A stretch of DNA of 57,794 bases. Origin: Syntrophus sp. (in: bacteria) (GTDB lineage Bacteria; Desulfobacterota; Syntrophia; Syntrophales; UBA8958). Each line of letters begins with the position of its first letter. Positions within the stretch are counted from its first letter, which is position 1. Shown piece after piece: positions 8,489 through 17,290 of this stretch. The stretch spans positions 1 to 57,794 of the forward strand of contig JANXZC010000034.1 in assembly GCA_025355725.1 (NCBI GenBank), written 5' to 3'. Made by a program: the position numbers and the translations under genes. Under the pieces are notes generated by a model. That model was not told the DNA's origin. It ran no database searches and saw nothing but the letters and a program-made list of their open reading frames with translations.

Positions 8489-9091
8489 CTATCTCGGAGA
8501 CTGCACCGCAACGGCAATCTCGCGGCTTAGCGTCCCCAAGGCCCGGCTCAGGGCCGCTGCGAAACTGGCATAGTCGCCGCCGTTGACCGGTTCGGAGATG
8601 TCCGATCGTCTGACCAGGATGGTCTTTGTCCCGCTTTCCGTTAGGATTGCCCAGTTTGCCTTCAGGGTCACCGTTTTCCCTAATACCCCGTCCAGACGGA
8701 GAATATCAATAGTGATCTGGCTGCTGAGGCTTACCCTGCGACCCCAGGCATAGGAAACTACCCGTTGCGATGGAAGGAGCGTGGACAGGTTCTCCGTCAT
8801 CACCCGGGCGATTTCATCCCGATAGGAACCACTGGACCAGCGGTCAAATTCTGCAATTTTGACCTCATTTTCCCCGGAAAGGGTGACAATCTGGGGGCGA
8901 TCCAGGCTGTCGGGAATGGAAATCGGTCCTACGCCGATTATTTCAGCCTTTCCTGCCGCCACCGAGGAAATATTATCCGGCTTGCTGATCCCATTCAGGG
9001 TATAGAACCTTGCCGGTTGCGACGTCGTACACCCGGCCATGACAAGTGTTAAAATAAACAATAATACTAAGATTTTCAGTCTTTTTTTCAT
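8489..9091 (-). CDS. PqiC-family / ABC transport auxiliary lipoprotein
   Basis: Lipobox MAGC, FYTL, VGPISIPDSLDRPQIV, FDRW. Confidence 0.85.
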   Translation of the reverse strand: MKKRLKILVLLFILTLVMAGCTTSQPARFYTLNGISKPDNISSVAAGKAEIIGVGPISIPDSLDRPQIVTLSGENEVKIAEFDRWSSGSYRDEIARVMTENLSTLLPSQRVVSYAWGRRVSLSSQITIDILRLDGVLGKTVTLKANWAILTESGTKTILVRRSDISEPVNGGDYASFAAALSRALGTLSREIAVAVQSPR

Positions 9092-9103
9092 GCCCTTTCC
9101 TCC

Positions 9104-10105
9104 TTAAGGCCCCTTCTTTCCCTTCAGAATCGCCTCGGGATGGCGTTCCAGATAATCGGTCAGCACCCGCAGAGACCGGGCGATATTGGAAAACTCCCGG
9201 AGAGTGTCTCCCAACTGGAAGGATACCTCCGTATTCTCCTGGGTAAAGCGATTCAGGGCGGCAAGGCTATCGTCCATTTTTTTCAGCGTCCCCTTCGCCT
9301 GATCAAGAGTATCCTTGGCCTTCGCCGCCACTTGACCGGGAACCCCTTCATTCATGGCAAGGGTCTTTTCCGCCTGCCGGAAGGTTCCCCGGGCCGCCTC
9401 GGAGGTTGCCCGCAGATCCTTTAGGGTCGGGCCGATCTCTTCGTTCATCTTTTTTATAAGCCCCTCGGCCTCTTTAGCCGCCTTGGCAAGGGACCTGACG
9501 CCTTCCTGGGTATCCTTGGAATTGACGAGGCCTTCGATGCCCGAGATTATTTTGTCCAGTTTCTGCACCATGTCCTTAAGCGGGAGATCTTGCAAGGCCT
9601 TGGTAAGCTGCTCAAACTGCGTCGGGATCGTCGGGATCTCCTCATATTGTTTCATGAAATTATGGAGATCCATGGGTTTGTCGGGATAAAAATCGAGGGT
9701 GATAACCAACAGGCCGGTCACCAGGCTCTGGATATCCAACTGTCCCTTCAGACCCTTTTTTTCCACCAGGTACTTAATGTCTCCCGCTTCAGCCGTTTCC
9801 TTCCTACCGGTGCTGAGATTAATGACCCGACTCGGGTCAAGCTCAATGACCACGGCGCTATGGAGCGCCTCAATCTCTGGTTTGTAATAGAGCCGGACGT
9901 CGGTGACAACACCGACCTTCACACCTTTGAAATACACGGGGGCCCCCGTGTTCAGGCCCCGGACGGATTCATCAAAGTAGAGGGCATAGAAGTTCTGCTT
10001 TTTAAAGAATTGCCCGGAGGAAAAAATGACAATGGCCGCTGTCAGCAAAACCACCGCCCCGACGACAAAGACGCCGATCATTTTCATACTGGCCTGTTTG
10101 CTCAT
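9104..10105 (-). CDS. mlaD: MCE (MlaD-like) protein with long helical tail
   Basis: N-terminal TM; FDESVRGLNTGAPVYFKGVKVGVV, QSLVTGLL; C-terminal DYLERHPEAILKGK. Confidence 0.85.
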   Translation of the reverse strand: MSKQASMKMIGVFVVGAVVLLTAAIVIFSSGQFFKKQNFYALYFDESVRGLNTGAPVYFKGVKVGVVTDVRLYYKPEIEALHSAVVIELDPSRVINLSTGRKETAEAGDIKYLVEKKGLKGQLDIQSLVTGLLVITLDFYPDKPMDLHNFMKQYEEIPTIPTQFEQLTKALQDLPLKDMVQKLDKIISGIEGLVNSKDTQEGVRSLAKAAKEAEGLIKKMNEEIGPTLKDLRATSEAARGTFRQAEKTLAMNEGVPGQVAAKAKDTLDQAKGTLKKMDDSLAALNRFTQENTEVSFQLGDTLREFSNIARSLRVLTDYLERHPEAILKGKKGP

Positions 10106-10146
10106 GGGTTGCTCCCCTGTCTATGGTCCTTGTTTTACTTTTTGAA

Positions 10147-10962
10147 TCAACAACCGTCCACTGTTAAGTTCTTTTCGGGAAACTCCCCACCCCGGGTCAG
10201 AAAGCTATGGACGATGGGGTTGGTGCACTCCTTCAGCAGCAGCTTCGGATCACCGGAGGCAATCATGGTTTTTGCCGTCGCGTCGAGAAATACGGAGTTA
10301 TTGCCAATAGTAAAAATACTTGCCAGCTCGTGGGTTACCACGACGATGGTCGTCCCCAGACTGTCCCGGAGTTGGAGGATCAGATCATCGAGAAGACGGG
10401 AACTGATGGGGTCCAGTCCTGCCGACGGCTCGTCGAAAAAGAGGATCTCCGGGTCCATGGCCATCGCCCGGGCTAGTCCTGCCCGCTTCATCATGCCCCC
10501 GCTTATCTGGGCGGGATAATAGTCCTCGAACCCCTTCAGCCCCACGAGAGCCAGCTTCAGGGAGGCAATCTCGCCGATATCCTGAGGCGAAAGATCCGTA
10601 TATTCCTCCAGGGGCAAGGCAATATTTTCCGCCAGGGTCATGGAGCTCCATAGGGCGCCGCTCTGGTAGAGGACGCCGAAGCCCCGGGTGATCTCGTCCC
10701 GCTGCTGCTGTTCCGCCCGCCAGTAATCAACATCATTGAAAAGTATCGCCCCCTTGGCCGGATTATTGAGGCCGATGAGGTGCTTGAGGAGGGTGGTCTT
10801 TCCACAGCCGCTTCCCCCCATGATGATGAAGACATCGCCAGTGTATATGGTGAAGTTCAGATCCCGCTGGAGAATGAAATCCCCAAAGGCCATCGTCAGA
10901 TCTTCAACCACTATGTGTGGTTTTTTGTTACCGTTTGTCGGCATATATACAGATACACTCAC
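10147..10962 (-). CDS. mlaF: MlaF-like ABC ATPase
   Basis: GGSGCGKTT Walker A, ISGGM signature, FFDEPSAGLDP, VVVTHE. Confidence 0.9.
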   Translation of the reverse strand: MSVSVYMPTNGNKKPHIVVEDLTMAFGDFILQRDLNFTIYTGDVFIIMGGSGCGKTTLLKHLIGLNNPAKGAILFNDVDYWRAEQQQRDEITRGFGVLYQSGALWSSMTLAENIALPLEEYTDLSPQDIGEIASLKLALVGLKGFEDYYPAQISGGMMKRAGLARAMAMDPEILFFDEPSAGLDPISSRLLDDLILQLRDSLGTTIVVVTHELASIFTIGNNSVFLDATAKTMIASGDPKLLLKECTNPIVHSFLTRGGEFPEKNLTVDGC

Positions 10963-10987
10963 AAATAGTCGTCATAAAATGAGATTG

Positions 10988-12148
10988 TCAGATTCCCAGG
11001 ACATTGCACAAAACGGTTATAATCGCCGTAGCAATCACGATGCTCACGATCCCCGTTACCACCGCAGAAGTAGTAGCCTCCCCGACGGCGGAAGCGCTCC
11101 GTTCGCACTGGAGTCCCCGGAGACATCCTGTAACAGCAACAAGAATTCCAAAAACCCCGCTCATGAACAGGCCGACCCACATATCGTTGAGCCTGATAGC
11201 GTCCGTCGTCTGATTGTAGTAGGCCATGAAATTCAGATCCAGCACTGTCACCCCCACGATAAGCCCCCCGAGGACACCCATGAAATCGGCATAGAGGCAC
11301 AGGAGGGGCATCATAACGGCCAGGGCGATCATTCTCGGCAGGACGAGGAATTCCATCGGTGGGATGCCCATGGTCTTGAGGGCGTCGATCTCTTCATTTG
11401 TCTGCATGGTTCCCAATTGGGCGGCGAAGGCCGCCCCCGTCCGTCCGGCCATGATCACCCCTGTCATGATCGCCCCCATCTCCCGAAAGACGCCGATCCC
11501 GACCAGATTGGCAATATAGATCTGGGCGCCGAACATGCTCAACTGGATAGCCCCGACAAAGGCGAGGATAAGACCGACCAGCAGGCTGATCAGCGAGACA
11601 ATGGGGAGGGCCTGAATTCCGCATTCCTGCATGGCGACAAACAGATCGCGACGGCGGAAGCGGGCCTGGCCCCTGAGCAACTTCCCGAAGGCCACGGTCG
11701 CCTCGCCGATAAAGGCGAAGACTTCCTGGGTGCCCTGCCAAAAGGCGTAAACTTCCTGTCCTATCTGTTCCAGAACGGACGTCCGGACCTTTTCACGCCT
11801 GGCCCCGGCCCGCTCCGGGACTGCATAAGCCAGATTCAGAAGCCCCTGGACTCCCTGGGGAAGACCTCCCCGGTCCACGGAGACATCCCGCTGTTGACCA
11901 TAGTCAATGGTATTGATGAGGAAGGTGATCAGGACGCTGCTCCAGCCGACCAGCCCGGAACATTCAAAGGCGACGTTTTTCGTCACCGGGGCCTGCTCAA
12001 TTTGCCGGAAAACATCTGCGACAGGGGGCAATTCCTCTCCTGTCCGCCAGTTGCCCCGGAGGACAATCTGCAGTTTTCCTACATCAGGACGGACGAAGGA
12101 GAGCATGCTCTCGTTAACTTGCATTTTTAAGGAGGACCCCATAACCAC
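10988..12148 (-). CDS. mlaE: MlaE-like ABC permease with N-terminal STAS-like domain
   Basis: REMGAIMTGVIMAGRTGAAFAAQLGTM..EEIDALKTMG, VGEATTSAVV. True start may be 12142 or 12124. Confidence 0.88.
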   Translation of the reverse strand: MVMGSSLKMQVNESMLSFVRPDVGKLQIVLRGNWRTGEELPPVADVFRQIEQAPVTKNVAFECSGLVGWSSVLITFLINTIDYGQQRDVSVDRGGLPQGVQGLLNLAYAVPERAGARREKVRTSVLEQIGQEVYAFWQGTQEVFAFIGEATVAFGKLLRGQARFRRRDLFVAMQECGIQALPIVSLISLLVGLILAFVGAIQLSMFGAQIYIANLVGIGVFREMGAIMTGVIMAGRTGAAFAAQLGTMQTNEEIDALKTMGIPPMEFLVLPRMIALAVMMPLLCLYADFMGVLGGLIVGVTVLDLNFMAYYNQTTDAIRLNDMWVGLFMSGVFGILVAVTGCLRGLQCERSASAVGEATTSAVVTGIVSIVIATAIITVLCNVLGI

Positions 12149-12177
12149 CCTGACCCTCCCCCCCGCCGGGGAGGGAA
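12145..12177. repeat. REP-like CCCTCCCC..GGGGAGGG hairpin repeat
   Basis: Related copies at 17251-17290 (inverted) and 42901-42944. Confidence 0.55.
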
Positions 12178-12201
12178 GTATGTTTTTTTAGGCCCTTTGC
12201 C

Positions 12202-14871
12202 TTAAGTAGCTACAACAAAATGCTTTTTGACGTCCAGATTGAGGGCCTTGGCCACTTTGGCAGCAAGGCGGCCGTTGGGATCAATCTCGGCGTCGCTGAT
12301 CATCATGACCTCCATGGTCAATTTTATGGCTTCTTCACGCTCTTTCCGGGTCGGCAGGAGCTTGGCGAGGGAGGCAATCGCACGATCTTCATCGATAAGG
12401 ACCATAAAATATTGCTCTCGAATCGTCTTTCTTAACTCCTGCTTGTTCACATCTTCAGTTCCCAGGCGCTTCCTGATCTGCTTGCCGATGAGCCGGGAAC
12501 GGTAGTCAATCGCCCCGATATGGATCATGCAGAGCATAATCAGGCGAATCAGGGCCTCACCGAACCCGCCCTTGTCCATATTGTTTTTCAGACGCTCAAC
12601 TTCCGCATGGATCGCCGCCTCCTGCGCCTCATTTTCCTCTTCAATCATCTGGGCCTTCTTTCCCGGGAAGAGCGGCGCCAGTCCCAGTGGCCCGTACATA
12701 GCCTTAAACATATTACGGTAACGGTCGTCCCGGGAATCACGATAACCATTGAGACGATCCTCGATTGTCTGGGCCATGTCTCTTTGCATGGCCAGAAAGT
12801 AGTTGCTGTCCGACACCGGTTTACGGTTTTTTCTGACCATGTCCGCCCATATCTTGAAGGTCGCCATGAAGGGATTCACCTGCTCCGAAAAGATGTAATA
12901 TTTCCGGCGACTCTTGTTGAGCCAGCGCAGCATCTCCGCGCTCTTTTCCGTTGTCATCATACGGACCCAGGGCTGGAGAAAGGTCCGGTACAATTCATCA
13001 TTGAAATCGGACACCTCCGCCACGGAGGCAAAATAATCATCATCCCGATGAGAGTCATTGAGGTCCATGATGCTGGCAATCTTTCGCATCTCAAAACGGA
13101 CGGTATAGTCGCCCTGGATCAGTTCCCCCCGCTCCGCAAAGGGATTCTTCTTCTCAATGATCATCTCATAGAGTCCCGGCGGCAGGTCATCGATCATATC
13201 GAGGGTCGTGACAAACTCGGTGTGCTGCTTCCTGGCAATAGAGGTGCCTACAAAGATCCCCAGGTGGCCCACATCGGGGTGGAGGGTGTAGATGATCACC
13301 TGACCATCCTTCAAGATGGCCTCATCACTGCCGTAAACGTCAACGATCCAGTTGAGGGCCTGTTGAGGAGGGGTAATGTTGTCGCCAAAAGAGGCAAAGA
13401 TGACGATGGGACACTTGATATTCTTCAGGTTGACACGCCTGCCGTCAGGTGTGACAATTCCACCCCTGGCCAATTTATTTCCGATGAAAAGGTTGGTTAC
13501 GATGGAATCGATCTCCTCGGCGTTCATCAGGAAGAAGCCGCTCCACCACTTTTCGAAATGGAGATAGCGCTCCGTCTCCGTATCGATTTTGGAATACAGG
13601 TTATACTCCTTGGCAAAGAGAGTATTGGCCGGATTGAGATTCTCGAAATTCTGAACGAGATAGGAACCGTCGAATATGCCGTTGCCCAGATCACAGGTCA
13701 TCGTGGTGAGCCACTTACCGCCCAGAAGGCCGCCTGAGTAGCGCATGGGGTTTTTGTTCTTGTATCCCGCCCAGTAGGACATGGGGGCGCCATTTAAGAT
13801 AATGGTTCCCATAATGTCCGGCTCAACGGCGGCGAGGGCGGCGACGGCCCATCCAGCCTGGCAGTTTCCCATGACGCAGGGTTTCTCCGCCTCCGGATGC
13901 CGGCGGATGACTTCCCGGAGAAACAGGGCCTCGGCATGGCCGACATCGTTCAGGGTTTGCCCCGGTTCCGGCTTGGGAAAGAACATGACAAAATAGGTTG
14001 GGTGACCAGCTTTTAAGGAGACGCCCACCTGGGATTCCTGTTTGGAACCACCGATTCCCGGCCCGTGCCCCGCCCGGGGATCAACGATGACGAAGGGACG
14101 CTTCTTGGGATCAATTGTCATGCCTTCTTCGGGAATGATCCTGAGGAGGGCGTAATTGACTGGATTATCCATGGTCCGGCCGTCGAGGATCGTTTCATAC
14201 TTGAACTCTAATACCGGCGGCTTTCCTGCCTTGATATGCTCCAGAAAGTTATCGCCCCGCTGACGCATGACATCCCAGAAAAGTATTTGCCGTTGGATCA
14301 TATCCACGCCATATTCCCAGAGGTCTTTCGCAGCAGCGTTGCCCTTCCATGCGTCTCCAAATCCCTTGAAAAAAGTGGACGGATCAGAAGGGGCAAAATA
14401 TTTTTCCCATGATGCAGACTGCCCCGGCGTTTTTACGGCCCCCTGGAACATGACCATTCCCGACTTCCAGAGGTCTTTTAAAAGGACGTTGTCCTTCCAC
14501 ATATTCTCCAATCCCTTGAGGAAAGAGGACGGATCGAGACCGGCGAAAGGTTTCTTCACCTCTTCCTCTTTCTTGTCCGCCCCAGCTGCCTTGGGAGCCG
14601 CAGCGGTTTTTTCCGGCACCTCCTGCTTTACGGTTTTTGAGGGCGGTTTCGCTGCTCCTGAAGTTTTACCGGCGGCTACGGCCTGTTCGGGAGCCGCAGC
14701 TTTTTCTTTTTTTACCGGCTTCACAGCTTTTACGGGTTCAGAAGACGCAGCCTCTGTGGTCTTTTTTATTTCCGGATCGAGAACTGACGACACGGCGGCT
14801 TTAATCTTGGATGCCTTTCCTTTAACCGGCACTGATGTCTTGCCTTTAACTGGCGCTGGTGTCTTGGCCAT
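12202..14871 (-). CDS. DUF3141-family PHA-synthase-like alpha/beta protein with long Lys/Ala/Pro-rich N-terminus
   Basis: VDPRAGHGPGIGG, GNCQAGW (Cys lipase box), NFENLNPAN, SFGDNITPPQQAL, VGHLGIF. AGGAGG RBS before ATG 14871. Confidence 0.85.
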   Translation of the reverse strand: MAKTPAPVKGKTSVPVKGKASKIKAAVSSVLDPEIKKTTEAASSEPVKAVKPVKKEKAAAPEQAVAAGKTSGAAKPPSKTVKQEVPEKTAAAPKAAGADKKEEEVKKPFAGLDPSSFLKGLENMWKDNVLLKDLWKSGMVMFQGAVKTPGQSASWEKYFAPSDPSTFFKGFGDAWKGNAAAKDLWEYGVDMIQRQILFWDVMRQRGDNFLEHIKAGKPPVLEFKYETILDGRTMDNPVNYALLRIIPEEGMTIDPKKRPFVIVDPRAGHGPGIGGSKQESQVGVSLKAGHPTYFVMFFPKPEPGQTLNDVGHAEALFLREVIRRHPEAEKPCVMGNCQAGWAVAALAAVEPDIMGTIILNGAPMSYWAGYKNKNPMRYSGGLLGGKWLTTMTCDLGNGIFDGSYLVQNFENLNPANTLFAKEYNLYSKIDTETERYLHFEKWWSGFFLMNAEEIDSIVTNLFIGNKLARGGIVTPDGRRVNLKNIKCPIVIFASFGDNITPPQQALNWIVDVYGSDEAILKDGQVIIYTLHPDVGHLGIFVGTSIARKQHTEFVTTLDMIDDLPPGLYEMIIEKKNPFAERGELIQGDYTVRFEMRKIASIMDLNDSHRDDDYFASVAEVSDFNDELYRTFLQPWVRMMTTEKSAEMLRWLNKSRRKYYIFSEQVNPFMATFKIWADMVRKNRKPVSDSNYFLAMQRDMAQTIEDRLNGYRDSRDDRYRNMFKAMYGPLGLAPLFPGKKAQMIEEENEAQEAAIHAEVERLKNNMDKGGFGEALIRLIMLCMIHIGAIDYRSRLIGKQIRKRLGTEDVNKQELRKTIREQYFMVLIDEDRAIASLAKLLPTRKEREEAIKLTMEVMMISDAEIDPNGRLAAKVAKALNLDVKKHFVVAT

Positions 14872-14890
14872 GATGGATCCCCTCCTTTTA

Positions 14891-17227
14891 TTAGACAAAT
14901 CGACGATGTTCTATGGATTCAATATATCCCGTGTCTCCCGCCTTGATTTCGGCGGCATTGCCTTCATCCGTATCAAGGTGCATGTCGAGGCGGAAGTTCT
15001 GGTCCACTCGGATCAAGACATCGCCGAAGATGAGCCCCCGCCCTCCTTCCTTTCGGACCCGGACAACGTCCTTATCCCGGAGGCCGAACTTGAGGGCATC
15101 ATCGGTGGACATGTGGATGTGGCGCTTGGCGCAGATTACCCCTTTTTCCAAATCAATCTTTCCCTGGGGGCCCACCACCGTAATACCCGGTGTTCCCTCG
15201 ATATCACCGGAATCCCGGATCGGGGGATCGATGCCGAGCTTGAACTGTTCCGTCCGGGAAATTTCCAACTGGCTGTATTTTCTCGCCGGGCCGAGAATCC
15301 GGACCTTCTCCAGGTTTCCCTTGGGGCCGACAAGATTGACCGTTTCATCGGCGGCAAACTGCCCCGGCTGACTGAGAGGCGACTTCGGCGTCATCGTTTT
15401 CCCCTTGCCAAAGAGGAGTTCGAAATTCTCCTGGGTCAGGTGGATATGGTGGGCCGAGATGCTCAGGGGGATAGGAGTGGTCTTGAAAACCTTGATATCA
15501 GCCTCGGAACGGACCAGGCCAACAGTGTGGAGCGTGTTCCGGGCAATCATTCGCTCCTCGTCAGCGGGAATCACCAACACCCGGAGCTTGGCGTTTGGTT
15601 CCGCGATGTCGACGACCTGTCCCCGCTCCGGCCGGGCCTCGCGGTTTACCTTATGATCAATGGTCATGCCAAAGGCCTCGAATCCCTGAAAGATCCTGGC
15701 CCGGATCTCCGGGGAGTTTTCCCCGATGCCGCCGGTAAACACTACCACGTCCAGGCCGCCCAGGGCTACAGTATAGGCGCCGATGTACTTCTTGATCCGG
15801 TAACAGAAGACGCTGATCGCTTCCAGGGCATGGGCGTCGCCACTTTCCGCCGCTGCGAGTAGTTCCCGCATATCGTTGGTCAGGCCGCTGATTCCCTTGA
15901 GACCACTTTCTTTATTGAAGATGTTTTCCAGATCGGCGGCGTTCCTGCCCTTCCGGAGAAGATGGAAGATAACCCCCGGATCCACATCCCCGGGACGCGT
16001 CCCCATGACGAGGCCCTCCAGGGGGGTCATCCCCATGCTGGTGTCGATGCTCCGACCATGATCGATGGCGCAGACCGAGGCGCCGCTGCCCAGGTGGCAG
16101 GTGATCATCTTGAGTTCACTCAGGGGTTTTTTGAGAAAAGTGGCGGCATTCAGGGCAACGTATTCGTGATTTGTCCCGTGGAATCCATACCGGCGGATTT
16201 TTTCCTCCGTGCAGAGCTGCCGGGGCAGGGCATAAGTCGCCGCTGCCACCGGGATGGTCTGATGAAAGGTGTTGTCGAAGACGGCGACCTGTTTCGCCCC
16301 GGGAAGAAGTTTCCGGAAGAGCTCGATTCCCTCGATGTTATAGGGGTTATGTAGGGGGGCAAGATCGGATACTGATCTGATCTGTTCCAGGACCTGGTCG
16401 TCGATGACTACGGGACCATTGAAGAGTCCGCCGCCGTGGGTTACCCGGTGACCGACGGCCTTGAATTCCCGGACATCCCGGACGGCGCCGACTGCCGGAT
16501 CGGCAATGGCTGCCACCATGAACTCGAAGGCCTTCTCCATGTTGGGAACCGCCCCCAGGGATACCGATTTTTTTGACTTAGGGGTGACAACCTTGTGATG
16601 GGCGTCGGCGGAACCGATCCGCTCGATGGTCCCCTCAATGAGCGGGTCTCGTTGCGTCGTATCGAAGATGGTGTATTTCAGAGAGGAACTCCCGCAGTTG
16701 ATGACGGAGATCTTCATCGGCTCCGAGGCGGAGGTAAAATAAAGATCGTAGGGATCCGGGCTGGCCAGCATGGCCGCCGCGCGAACCTCCTGCTCCTTCT
16801 GATAAAGGCCCATTTTAAAGACAATCTCCATCAAATTTTTGGTGAATAGCAGCGCCGCCGCAGGGTTTTTCTTGACCGCAGCCATAAGAACCGGCCGGGG
16901 AATACGGATCAGGGTACTGGGCTTGGTCGTCTTATAATCGAAAGCCACCAGATTCCCCGTAAAAACGGACATATCACCAAAGATCCGCCCCTTCTCCAAA
17001 TGGGTCAATAACTCTTCCGTCACGCCCTCGCCGGGGATGGATACGCCCACCTCGCCATCGTAGACAATCCAGCTGTAATTGTGTGTCTCCCCTCTTTTCT
17101 CTACGTCAACACCAGACGCAAACTCAACGCTTTCGGACGCTTCTACACACTCATCAAGTTCCTCGTCGGAAAACAGGGCCATTAAAGGGTTACTCTGAAA
17201 AAATGTCTTCAGGTCGCTGGCAGCCAT
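14891..17227 (-). CDS. ackA: fusion protein: cNMP-binding-like domain + acetate/propionate kinase + PduL phosphate acyltransferase
   Basis: N-terminal CAP-like fold (IVYDGEV..IFGDM). AckA motifs INCGSSSLK, GHRVTHGG, APLHNP, YGFHGTNH, TPLEGLVMGTR, FTGGIGENS. PduL motifs SAHHIHL, VRILGPAR, RDSGD, KRHIHM, MHLDTDEGNA. Confidence 0.9.
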   Translation of the reverse strand: MAASDLKTFFQSNPLMALFSDEELDECVEASESVEFASGVDVEKRGETHNYSWIVYDGEVGVSIPGEGVTEELLTHLEKGRIFGDMSVFTGNLVAFDYKTTKPSTLIRIPRPVLMAAVKKNPAAALLFTKNLMEIVFKMGLYQKEQEVRAAAMLASPDPYDLYFTSASEPMKISVINCGSSSLKYTIFDTTQRDPLIEGTIERIGSADAHHKVVTPKSKKSVSLGAVPNMEKAFEFMVAAIADPAVGAVRDVREFKAVGHRVTHGGGLFNGPVVIDDQVLEQIRSVSDLAPLHNPYNIEGIELFRKLLPGAKQVAVFDNTFHQTIPVAAATYALPRQLCTEEKIRRYGFHGTNHEYVALNAATFLKKPLSELKMITCHLGSGASVCAIDHGRSIDTSMGMTPLEGLVMGTRPGDVDPGVIFHLLRKGRNAADLENIFNKESGLKGISGLTNDMRELLAAAESGDAHALEAISVFCYRIKKYIGAYTVALGGLDVVVFTGGIGENSPEIRARIFQGFEAFGMTIDHKVNREARPERGQVVDIAEPNAKLRVLVIPADEERMIARNTLHTVGLVRSEADIKVFKTTPIPLSISAHHIHLTQENFELLFGKGKTMTPKSPLSQPGQFAADETVNLVGPKGNLEKVRILGPARKYSQLEISRTEQFKLGIDPPIRDSGDIEGTPGITVVGPQGKIDLEKGVICAKRHIHMSTDDALKFGLRDKDVVRVRKEGGRGLIFGDVLIRVDQNFRLDMHLDTDEGNAAEIKAGDTGYIESIEHRRFV

Positions 17228-17250
17228 TTGTATCTCCTTCTCGTTTCATC

Positions 17251-17290
17251 TTCCTCCCCTTCAAGGGGGAGGCGGGGGTGGGGATGGGTT
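17251..17290. repeat. REP-like hairpin repeat overlapping the OMF 3' end
   Basis: Minus strand CCCATCCCCACCCCCGCCTCCCCCTTGAAGGGGAGGAA, similar to 42901-42944. Confidence 0.6.

Noticed and set aside
8380-8586. 68-aa ORF
   Set aside because: Lies in the MITE-like repeat and antisense to the pqiC-like gene.
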